DNA from: Carpediemonas membranifera BICM
Lineage: Eukaryota > Protista > Fornicata
Length of the DNA stretch: 64,000 nt
Assembly (NCBI GenBank): GCA_019828565.1
Contig: JAHDYR010000028.1
Location: forward strand, 124,001-188,000
Reading direction: 5' to 3'
In this document: positions 1 to 9,708 of the stretch, piece after piece
Layout: each line of letters opens with the position of its first letter
Numbering within the stretch: the first letter of the stretch is position 1
Translations under genes and position numbers: made by a program
Notes under the pieces: generated by a model
What the model was told of the DNA's origin: nothing
What the model saw: the letters and a program-made list of their open reading frames with translations, nothing else
The model's database searches: none

Positions 1-1
1 G

Positions 2-479
2 CTACTGATAGCATTGCTGATGATAGCTCAGAGCACACGAGAGCTTTGGGGCCTCTGCTCGTCCTCTCCTTGAGCTGATGTTGGTGGCGATGATCCTCAA
101 TGAATCCTTCTCCTCCGTGAGGAATTCTTGCTCGAACTCAAAAATCTGGCCCACTGCGTGCTTGAACCGGGCGTTGAACAGCCCCAGGTTGTGGATGAAG
201 TCTCTGTCGGTTCCAGATGGGAAGGAGAGACGTTGTAGTGCTTGTAAAGCGAGCGTAGCGTCGAGTGGCCGAGATAGTTGGAAGAGATGGCTAAAGATGT
301 CGTCGTCGGACATGGATTCAGGCTCTACATCAAACCTGAAGCGTAGTTCGTCGGTTACCTGGAGCGAAAGGCAGAGGAATGCCTTAAGCGCCGGATGGAC
401 TGTTTTGGCGAGGCGGAAATCGTGCTGGAACTTCGTACCCTGTCTCTTCACACTTTGGGAGTGGTATGTGGACGTCCAT
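2..479 (-). mobile_element. Ty3/gypsy gag N-terminal fragment (frameshifted, runs off window edge)
   Basis: ATG at 479 lies 16 nt after a TG..CA mini-LTR. The protein style (FQHDFRLAK...DDDIFSHL...PLD) parallels the gag starting at 50433. Confidence 0.5.
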
Positions 480-495
480 TTGTTACAGTTATAAC

Positions 496-568
496 TGTGG
501 GAGCCCTAAGCGTGAAGAGAATGGATTTGTTTACATAAACTGCACTTATAGGTACCTCTGCTGGTACA
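496..568 (-). repeat. 73-bp LTR (TGT...ACA) preceded by polypurine tract GGGAGGGCAGGA
   Basis: Minus strand reads integrase-chromo end, PPT, TGTACC...CCCACA, then gag ATG. Contains GCAGTTTATGTAAA, which is shared with the LTRs at 6875 and 49397. Confidence 0.6.
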
Positions 569-960
569 TCCTGCCCTCCCGAGTCCGCTGCAGCCACTCA
601 CGGGTGGGTACGGCTGCCATGACGGACTCGTTGTCCGGACCCTCGCTGGAAGACTCGTCGTAGCCGAGCCACTTGACGATAAGGTGGCTGGGATCGGCTT
701 CATCGACGCCCAGGATGGCTTCGACGTAGTACTCCTCGGCGTCACCGGCCTGGAGAGCGGCCAGTTGGCCGTTGGGCTCGGTGGCCTCGACTCGGATTGC
801 CTGATCGGCGTGGATGACCTTCTCCTCGCCGCCAAGCAGTGGCGAGATGCTGATGGCGTGGTGGTCGCGCACTGCGAGGACCTTGAACGGGCCAAGGTGG
901 CCGTGCAGCTTGGACGGCCGTGGGTTCAGGGCCAGGACGATATCGCCAGGTGCGACTTCA
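546..960 (-). mobile_element. chromovirus integrase C-terminus (GPY/F motif + chromodomain) fragment
   Basis: SKLHGHLGPFKV followed by EEYYVEAILG...LIVKWLGYD. Confidence 0.8.
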
Positions 961-1267
961 TCAGCGACGCCACCAATGCGAAAGTGCTACGATGGAGGCT
1001 GATGCTCGAGGAACAGAGGTTCAAGGTCGTCCATTTGCCGGGCAAGGACAATGGCGTGGCTGACGCACTGTCTAGGATCGTCCCAATAACCGAGAAACTC
1101 GAGGTACTCGACGCTCAAGACGAGTTCGAGACGATATTCCGGGCCGCCCATGGCGGGACAAGCGGTCATCGAGGACTGTACGAGACGGTCAGACATATGA
1201 AAGAGCTAGGTGGCAACCAGCCCAATCTATACAAACGAGCCAAGAAGGCGATCAAAGCGTGCCCCAC
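960..1267 (+). mobile_element. gypsy pol fragment: RNase H C-terminus + integrase zinc-binding start
   Basis: LRWRLMLEEQRFKVVHLPGKDNGVADALSR, then H-x5-H (AHGGTSGHRG) and CP. Cut off by the LTR at 1268. Confidence 0.85.
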
Positions 1268-1315
1268 TGTGGCAACTACTAAAGAACAGACAAGTGTTTA
1301 TCAATTGATTACTCA
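1268..1315 (-). repeat. ~48-bp candidate 3' LTR after PPT AGGGAGGGCAG
   Basis: TGAGTAATCAATTGAT...GCCACA on the minus strand. GTAATCAATTGAT also opens the LTR at 49604. Confidence 0.5.
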
Positions 1316-2382
1316 CTGCCCTCCCTGATCAGCTCGGGGTGAGCTGTCAGGTACTTGCGGGCGGTAGGCGTATGGCGAACGCCTGAAATGGGCTCCCAGG
1401 TGAGCACATCGCTGTTGAGCCACTTGACGTGCAACTCACCGGGGCGAGAGCCGACGATGCGGTCCACAAACCACTCTTCTTCGTCGGCGGCGGCGAGATA
1501 GGCCAGCTCGGACTCGGCGCGGTCCGTGCGGAACTTGATCAGGTGTGATAGGTGTGCGGTACGGCGAGGGCCGTCGGCCATGAGAGGGACCAGCAGGGCA
1601 GTGTACGGGTTGGTCTCGATGACCTTAAAGGGGCCAGTGTGTCCGTGCAGCTTGGACTCGGAGTAATTCTTGCGCAGGACATAGTCGCCTGGCTTGATAG
1701 GTTGGGCTGGAAGCTGTCCTCTGCCCTCCTTGCGGCGGACTGCGGCCTGTTTGTCAACGGCCTTGGCGGAGAGGACGCCCAGCAGGTCGGTCATGGTGGT
1801 GAGGTACGCCGCAACGGTGGAGATAGGTGTGTCGTCGTCGACGGCAGCGGCGGCGCGTGGGTCGCGGAACTGCCGCGATGCGGCGTGTGTTCCGTAAATG
1901 AGTTCGAATGGCGTGCAACCCGTGGTGGAGTGAGGTGTCGAGTTAATTATCCAGCCCACGTAAGGCAGGATGTGGGTCGACCACTGGTCGAAGTTGTTGA
2001 ACGTCAAAGCCAGGACTCGCATGTGTCGCTTGATTTCCCGGTTCAGACGCTCGACGAGGCCGTTGGACTCGGGATGGCGGGGCGTTTTCCGGTGGTGGGA
2101 GACATTGATACGCGACATGAGGGCGCCAATGAGATGGTTGGCGTACTCGGGGCCACCGTCGGTGTGGAGGGTGTTGGGCGGGCCGTGGCGGGTGATCGTC
2201 TGCCATATGACCGCGGCGGCCGAGTCGGCGTTGTTTGACGGGGCCGGGATCAGTTCGGTGAAGCGTGAGAACATATCGGTGATGACCACGACGTAGCGGT
2301 TGCCTGCAGCGTCCTCCTTGATCGGGCCTAAGGTGTCGACTGCGATGCGGTCGAACGGGATCGTGCTGCCGCCATAGCCCAC
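1309..2382 (-). mobile_element. chromovirus integrase (DDE core, GPF motif, chromodomain), 5'-truncated
   Basis: IAVDTLGP...DMFSRF...HTDGGPEY...HPESNGLVERLN; GPFKV; EEWFVDRIV...VKWL...TWEP. Confidence 0.93.
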
Positions 2383-2887
2383 TGGCAGTGCCCGTAGGCT
2401 AATGCCAGGCCCTGGGTGGGAGCCAGGGCTTGTTAAAAGAAAAATAAAGACTGTCTCTGAAACTCTGCGATACGTTACTTTACTCCCTCCTGTTCCAGTC
2501 TTGCGTTTACTGCGAGACTTGAGAGAGCTACCTGCTCGATGGCCATTCCACGTTCGTCGCTACTGTCATGCCACTGCCCCAGGTACCGCCTACTGACTGG
2601 GGTGTCTCGGCGGCGGCACAGGGGGGGTGCCTTCTCATCCGTGGACTGCCCGGCCACCCTCACCTGCCCCTGGTATTCTCTGATCTCTGTCTGGTCTCAG
2701 CCTCTGAAAGGCAAAACTGTCGGTCTAGTGTGGCCGCTGTGGTCCATGCACGCTGCTGAATCTGCTGGAGGTGCTGTTAGTATGTTGCTGTTTGCTTTGG
2801 TCTCTGCTTACCTTTGAGGCATATCTGCATTTGGTCTCTGGATGTTCGTCGATGCACTGTCTCTGAAAGCTTCCCGGATGGTCTCTG

Positions 2888-3991
2888 TTGGTCATATGGT
2901 TGCTTACTATAAATGTGTTCGTTATCTGCGGTCACTGTTTGTTTCTCTGTAATTCTCTGATACTTTTGCTGCGATTCTTCGTTGGCGAGTTCCACAACAT
3001 CTTGACGGTGGTTGAAGAGACATCACGATGGGTGACGCTGATCCCACTGAAGACGACATCCTCGCGTGAGACCATTGATGCGTTAGTCCGGCACTACCTG
3101 ACCCACTTCCCCGTGCCGGCCGAGTGGGTTGCTGACAACGGCTCACAGTTCGCCTCAACCGAGTTCCACGCGTGGGCACGGGAGACGGGCGCGAAGGTGG
3201 ATCACACGACGCCGTACTACCACGAGGAGAACGGAGTGGTCGAGAGATGGAATAAGGAGGTCAATCGCCATCTGAGGTGTGAGATGTACGAGCGGCAGAC
3301 ACACAGGTGGGCGAGCCTGCTACCTGCCATCCAGAACATCATCAACTCCGCCCGTTCGAAGGCGACCGGGTCGTCAGCGTGGAGGTTAGTCGTGGCAGAC
3401 GGGACCAAGGCGGCTGTCGATAAGCTCAAGGCGCAGAGGATGCAAGAGACCGAGGCTGCGCGCAGGATGGTTCAGAACGAGGAGCACAGAAGGAAGAACA
3501 TGGCGCAGACGGCGAGGAAGATGGGCGAGAGTCAGCAGCGCGCGGCGGACATACAGAGACAGCACCCGCAGTCTCCGGTGACGGCTGGGCTGTGGGTGTT
3601 CGTTGACAGAGACGCCGAGATCCGCAAGAAGTACGATTTGAAATGGCGCGGGCCTTTGATGGTGATTAGAAAGGTGCCCGGGAAGAGCAACTCGTTCATC
3701 GTCAGAGATCCGGAGACGAAGACGTACAAGAAGCACGTCAGTCACTTGAAGGTAGCCAAGGGTGAATGGAGTGAGGAGAAAGCCAAGGTCGCGTGCGCGC
3801 TCGACAGAAGTCAGGCGTACATTAAGGAGATCGTAGACTGGAGAGTAAGGAGAGACGGTAGCAAGACACCTGAAGTGAAGTGCAGATGGCTAGGATTTGA
3901 AGCTAGCGAAGATACCTGGAGAGCGGCGACAGACGAAGACATGCGGTCCAACATCGTGCTACTGAAGTACATGGAGGGCACAGGCAGCTAA
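2888..3991 (+). mobile_element. chromovirus integrase + chromodomain of a second family, 5'-truncated
   Basis: ADNGSQFAS...TPYYHEENGVVERWN; KWRGP; VKCRWLGFEASEDTW. Confidence 0.92.
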
Positions 3992-4053
3992 CCAAGTGCA
4001 TTGAAGACTATTTGTTCAGAGTCGGTCGGAGTCAGGAACGGAGGATAGCCGCT

Positions 4054-4166
4054 GAGGAGGAGGGGTAGTGTGATTTACGTGTTACGTGTGTAGAGAGATC
4101 GGTTTAGACCATATTAGCCATAGGGTGAAACCTGTAAAGCATTCCGAGCCACGGTTCCGAACTTCA
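4054..4166 (+). repeat. PPT (4054-4068) and short 3' LTR starting TGTG at 4069
   Basis: GAGGAGGAGGGGTAG|TGTGATTT after the integrase stop. The CA end at 4166 is tentative. Confidence 0.55.
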
Positions 4167-4627
4167 ATATAGCGCAACACTGCACCCTTGGACTGCACGT
4201 TTAAGTCAATTGTTGTTCAAAGCTACTCACATCTGATGACATGTCGGCCATTGCCATTCCGCAAATTCTGCACACCAACCTAGATCACTATCAGACGACG
4301 ATCCGAAGAACGGCTATCATCACTCCCGATGGGAACACGCCTGCCCTTCGGTCTGACAAGCGCGTCCGCATATTTGGCCATGGTTTCAGCCTTCATCATT
4401 CGAGACACCTGACTCTGGTTGACTTGGTAAAACCCATCAGTGGTTGACCAACTCCGCCCTGTTCGCCAGGCGCGGGCTAACATCACGATTGACACACTGG
4501 CCCGCTCTGTTTTACAAGGTGGCTAGGACGCCCGAAAAAAGAGGTCTTTCGAAGCTTGGCTTGGATCCGCATGACTCCGGCCAGTCCAGGCTGTTCATAT
4601 GATCCGGTTGTGTTTATCACTCAATGG

Positions 4628-6442
4628 TCAGGCCAGGATCTTGTACACGAGGTACAGCCCCACGACTGCCAGCAAAAAGTACACAATCTGTCCGTATCTC
4701 GTGATAAATCTAAAATCGACGGGAAAATCTGTCCAAACTTCAGGCAGAACACCTCTCATGCACAGCCGCTCAATCAAGTGATTAGTAGCATCAGTCAGCA
4801 TCACCGCAGGCCTGACGAGGCTCGCCGTCTCACCATACCGGGGGGCAAACCGGTCCCGGAACTCGTCGAGACCGTGCTTGGAGAACTGCCCCTCGCCAGC
4901 AAGGAACGCGTCCCGTTGCTCGGCGGTTGAGCGCTTACCCTGCACCTGGACTGGCGACATGCTCGAGATCTCGGGCGATGGCTCATCAGGCACGATATTG
5001 AGCCCTATGGCGAGTGAATCTGCCACTTTCTGGGCCACAGTGGCGCCGTCGCTCCGTACAAGTTTGGTGAGGGCAACGGGCATCTTCCACCGAGGTCTCG
5101 CGAGCAGCACGCAGTGGTGGTGGGTCTTCACTGCACCGAGCATCAGTGCCGCGTCCGTAAAGGTCGGGAGGCGGCCGGTGATGACAGCGGCAGAGGCCTT
5201 CTGGGCCTCAGCACCAAGACTGTGGGGAAGCGGCGAGGTTTCGAGCTCGCGGGCGATGTCCCTGGCTATCTCGAGACAGTCTGACCCTAGCATCGTCGTG
5301 GCCACGAGGTACGCCGCCTTCAAGGGCAGCGTGCTCTCCTCGGGCGAGGGGTATGTCCCGATCCCGCCGAGCTGGGTGTCCAGGTACTGGATGAACAGAG
5401 GCACGAACAGTGGGTAGACCCTCGCCAGATGATGGGCATACTGCTCTGTGCCGAGGTCGCCGCGGGGCCGCAGTGCTGCGAGCCACACCCTGAGGGCCCG
5501 AGAGTGGGTCCGGCGGTACCTGGCGTACTCGACCCCGCTGGCCTTGATGTACGCGGAGAGCAGGGAGAAGGCGGAGGGGAGTACGGAGGTCTCGGCGGCC
5601 TTGGACAGAGGCTTGCCGGGGCCCAGGGTGGCTGCGACGAGGAGGTGGGAGCACTGGAGCACCTTGGCGCGGGGCGGACGCTCCATTGTCGGGTCTGTGA
5701 CCGACGCCTGCATCATCCAGAGCGTGGACATGACGGCCACGACGAGACCGCCCAGCCCCCCGGTCGACCCGAGGGCCCCGTACGAGGTGGACGTCAGCGC
5801 TGCCTCAGGGGCGAAGAAGTCGAGCAGGGAGGCTACGATTGCGAGGTATGGGTCCTCGCCTTTGAGCACACGGGCCATGGCCCTCTGCTGGGCGGAGGGG
5901 CGGGCCCGACTCCGGACCATGAGGCCGCGGACGGAGGCGAGGGAGGAGGATACAGACTGGGAGACCGCACGGGCGTCGTAGGCCCACATGCAGAGGGATA
6001 TGACGAAGTACTCCAGGGCTGTAGCGACGAGGAAGTCCGCCTCGTCGTCGGGGCCGACCAGAGAGTAGGCGAGCTCCTCAATGACGCTTGATGCGTAAGC
6101 GTCGGGAGTTCGGATGGGAAGTGCGTCGCGAATCCACGCTGCGCTTGCGGGAATGTCGTTGCGGCGGATTGCTTCGGCCACGGCCATTGGCAGCCGGCGA
6201 ACTGGATAACGGAAGCGTATATCAGGTTGAGAATGCATGGCGATCAGTTTGGCAATGAAAGGCTCTTCAGGGTCGAAGAGTGACAACAAATGATCGATCT
6301 GCTGGACATATTTCTTCGAAATTGACAAGAACTGGCGGTGGGCTATGATGTAGGGCGTCGTGCTGCTACGAGGAGCACCAAATAGCTGATCACACACAGT
6401 GGGAAGCTCAATGTGAAGCTGCGCCTGATTAATTCGCAGCAT
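4628..6442 (-). CDS. hypothetical protein with C-terminal transmembrane anchor
   Basis: Long ORF with GC3-rich codons and a hydrophobic C-terminus (IVYFLLAVVGLYLVYKILA). Start placed at MLRINQ. Confidence 0.6.
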   Translation of the reverse strand: MLRINQAQLHIELPTVCDQLFGAPRSSTTPYIIAHRQFLSISKKYVQQIDHLLSLFDPEEPFIAKLIAMHSQPDIRFRYPVRRLPMAVAEAIRRNDIPASAAWIRDALPIRTPDAYASSVIEELAYSLVGPDDEADFLVATALEYFVISLCMWAYDARAVSQSVSSSLASVRGLMVRSRARPSAQQRAMARVLKGEDPYLAIVASLLDFFAPEAALTSTSYGALGSTGGLGGLVVAVMSTLWMMQASVTDPTMERPPRAKVLQCSHLLVAATLGPGKPLSKAAETSVLPSAFSLLSAYIKASGVEYARYRRTHSRALRVWLAALRPRGDLGTEQYAHHLARVYPLFVPLFIQYLDTQLGGIGTYPSPEESTLPLKAAYLVATTMLGSDCLEIARDIARELETSPLPHSLGAEAQKASAAVITGRLPTFTDAALMLGAVKTHHHCVLLARPRWKMPVALTKLVRSDGATVAQKVADSLAIGLNIVPDEPSPEISSMSPVQVQGKRSTAEQRDAFLAGEGQFSKHGLDEFRDRFAPRYGETASLVRPAVMLTDATNHLIERLCMRGVLPEVWTDFPVDFRFITRYGQIVYFLLAVVGLYLVYKILA

Positions 6443-6625
6443 TGACAGGAGAACGGTGCAGTTTAACACAACAATTCTGATCCTGCGCGGCACACTACCT
6501 CCACTCACCCACTTCAGCCCTCGTCTGTACAACCGGGCTTTCGTGCTTTCAGTCGTCGGTCTGCACGAAAAGATGCGTCGTCTGTCGTCCATCGTCTGTT
6601 TCAGGCTCTCGCCGGAACCGGGTAA

Positions 6626-6979
6626 GTGGCCATCCCTCGGGTCGCATTTGGAAGTGCCAAGGCCAGTACGTGGACCACAGTCACGGTGCACCGACTGAAG
6701 TACGTTTTTGGTATCATCGCCCAGTTCACACGCTGGACCATGCTGGTTTCAAGCCGCGAGAAGACAGCCAAGTCGGCGGCAGCCTTGCTGTGCTTGTGGT
6801 TCAGTGAATGGGGTTTGCTGCCATCGGCGACGAAACAGCCCCTGTCCGTCGCCATCGCCCTCAGCGTGCAGCAGTGTCGTGTCGAGTCATTGAAGTCACC
6901 CAGATCGACTCCACGAAGTCACCCTGCTGCAGTTTATGTAAACAGGCCACTCCAACATGGCACAGCCGGAATTGCGACA
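6626..6979 (+). mobile_element. degenerate integrase remnant followed by a 105-bp LTR-like unit (6875-6979)
   Basis: YVFGIIAQFTRWTMLV...KTAKSAA resembles the integrase core. The unit is TGTCG...CGACA and contains GCAGTTTATGTAAACA. Confidence 0.55.
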
Positions 6980-7258
6980 GAACGCTCATAACATCCAAAA
7001 TGAGCAGCGCGACGAGGATGGCGAGGTGGGCATAAGAAGGTCAACTCTGACAGAGGGTTGGACCTTGCAGTCGGGCTCGAAGAGTGGCGCGACACGCAAA
7101 CATGCGAAGAGATATGATTACTCCAATAGATGAGGATCGGGTTATTTCTTTTTTATTTCTGATCCGGACGACCGCCGAAGAAATGATTGGCTCCAAGCTC
7201 TAAAGGGTGTTTACTGATCAACATGGGCTGTGGCCCCTATGCCCCCATGGCCATGCCG

Positions 7259-9665
7259 CTACGTCTCCTTCTTCTCGGTCACCTCGGCTACCTTCTGCTT
7301 CTTCCCCAGCACCTTAGCCCGGGCCCAGCCGACGGCGTCCATGGCCGCAGGGGGCCGGACAACAGCCACAAACACGGCCCCGGCCACCAGCAGCAGCAGG
7401 AGCAGCAGGGGGCTGGTGAGGATGGCCATGATGTCCCGCCGGGCCGTCACAGCGACCAGCACCCACATCCACGGCGGGATGGCGCGCTGGGCCTCCTGCT
7501 GCTTGGCCAGCGCTGTTTCAAACAGGGTGCGGCTGGCCTCGTTGACCTCTGCCCGGATGGTGAGCGCCTGCTTCTCGTTGATGAGGTCGACCAGCACTGG
7601 GCCGTGGCTCGACTCAATGTCAACTGTCGACGCCACCTCCAGCAGATGCGTCGTCAGGCCCTTGGCGGCCGCGTACCTGCCCGGGATGTCGTCGCGGGGA
7701 CGCCACACGTGGGGGCGGACTTCAGACCCGACCCGGTCGAACTCGAAGGTCGTGGCGAAGATCTCCTTCAGCTTGGCCACGAGGGACTGCGTCAGTCTGA
7801 ATGCACTGGCCTTGACGGCGTCGTCGCTGTTCTGGACGACGATGGCGAAGTCGTAGTCGTCCAGCTGGAGCACGCCCTCGACCACCTCCTTGGCGTCGTC
7901 CAGCAGCCGGTGCCGCAGATCGCCCAGTCGGGTCCACATGTCGTCATCCAGGGTCGCCAGCACACCGTCGGCCTCGGCGTCGATGCGGTCCGACACCGCG
8001 TGCCCGATGCGGCGTACGATGATCTGCCCGAGCTGGGTGACGTGGGTGTGGCCGCTGGCCCGGAGCCGCTCCTCGACCGTGTCCAGCATCTGGGAGATCG
8101 CCACAGAGTATGACTCGAGCGACTCCACGTGACACTGGGCCTTGACTTCGTTGGAGTCGAGCATCTCGGACCGCAGCTCGTTGACAACGACGGAGAACAG
8201 ACGGTCGATGACCTGGTCGAGGTAGCGGGCCGCGGCGTCCAGCACCGTGAACCCGCCCGGCATGAGCTTGGACGGCGTGCAGGGGACGGCGGCCGGTGTG
8301 GTCGCCCGCACCAGCCGGACCCAGGCCCGGTCGAACGGCTCGGACACCTGAAGCACGGACGAGTCGAGGGTGATGCCGAGCCGGGCGGCGGGGGTGTCCT
8401 GCTGTACAAGGGCGGCCGTCCGGGTGTGAAGGGAGCGGCGGTAGTCGGCCAGCAACAGCTGGGTCATCGAGTCGAGCTGCTTCGTCGACAGCAGGCCGAG
8501 CACGTCCGTCGCGGTGGCGGTGACGGTGGCGGCGGTGAGGCTGAGCTGCTCGATGAGTTCCCGCCGCTTGAGCTGGTAGCAGGGACGTGAGTACCGCGAG
8601 GCCACCTCGTCGAACTCCGCCACAGCCTTGATGAACGCGGCCTTGAGATGGGCGACAACCCGGATCACGTCGGCCCACGTCCCGGCCTCCCCGTTGCTCT
8701 CCTTAACCTGCGTGACTGTGGCCGAGTCATCAGCAATGGCGTCACGGAACTCCTGGTAGCAGCGGGCCTTGACCTGCTCAGTGCGGTATACGGCGATGAT
8801 TTGCTGGGTCGATGGGAGGTTGAGGTCCTCGTTGGCGTCGATCTTGGTCCACAGCTCGATGAAGTACGCGGGCAGGCCGTCGACGGGGATGCCGGCCAGC
8901 TTGTGGGAGACTTCCTCGAATACGGCCCCTGTGAACTCCTCCTGGAGGGCGAGGGCGTCTGTCTTGAACTTGTCTGGGCAGAAGACGAAGTGGGACAGTG
9001 CCTTGAAGTCCAGCAGGAAGTAGTCGTCGAACTCAGCCCCCTCAAGACCCTCCGGCTTGGGGAACGAGGCCCACAGCTCGAGGAAGTCGGCTCGAAGGTT
9101 GTCCTGCATCGCCTCGAGGTTGGCGATGCCGTCGTAGTCGCGGATCACGACAATAATCTTCGTACGCTGCTTGGTCTCGCCGAATAGCTGCAGGTTGACG
9201 TCAAACACCGTCTTGAGCAGCGGGTAGTTGCCTGCGTTGTACCGACCGACGTCCTGGGCCCACATGTTCAGCAGGATCACCTCGGACAGCGCCACGGTGA
9301 AGAGGGAGTATTTCCTCTCAATGACGTCCTTCTCCTCGCCTCTCTCGCGGGAATCTGTGCCCTCGCAGTCGATGACGAGGATGTCGCGGCCCTTCGCTTG
9401 CTCCAACCAAATGCCGTGCGTCGTCTGTTGTCTCCCGGCTGTGGAATCCATCATAGGGAACGTAGTGCCGAATAAATGGTTCATCAGCGTCGACTTTCCG
9501 CTGCTCTGGCAGCCTAGAATTGCGACACTGCGGAAATCGCCATGATTGGCCGCCATATCCTCAGTGAGGACGTCAGAGAGATCGGCCCTGAATGAGTATA
9601 ACGTAATAGGGAACAAACACCTTGCCACTACCGTCAACGAGCTGGCAACGCTCAAGGTCCATCAT
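7259..9665 (-). CDS. SEY1: Sey1/RHD3 ER-fusion GTPase (probable 31-nt intron 9588-9618)
   Basis: GCQSSGKSTLMN, RQQTTHGIW, DCEGTDSRERGE, VIRD, and a C-terminal hairpin TM (IPPWMWVL). Confidence 0.95.
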
Positions 9666-9708
9666 GAATGATTCTTCGCAGCTTAGGGTACGACACGCGC
9701 AGAAAAAG

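Noticed and set aside
2400-2990. TCTG-rich segment between two integrase fragments as an LTR or dUTPase
   Set aside because: No paired copy, clear termini or convincing protein motif.
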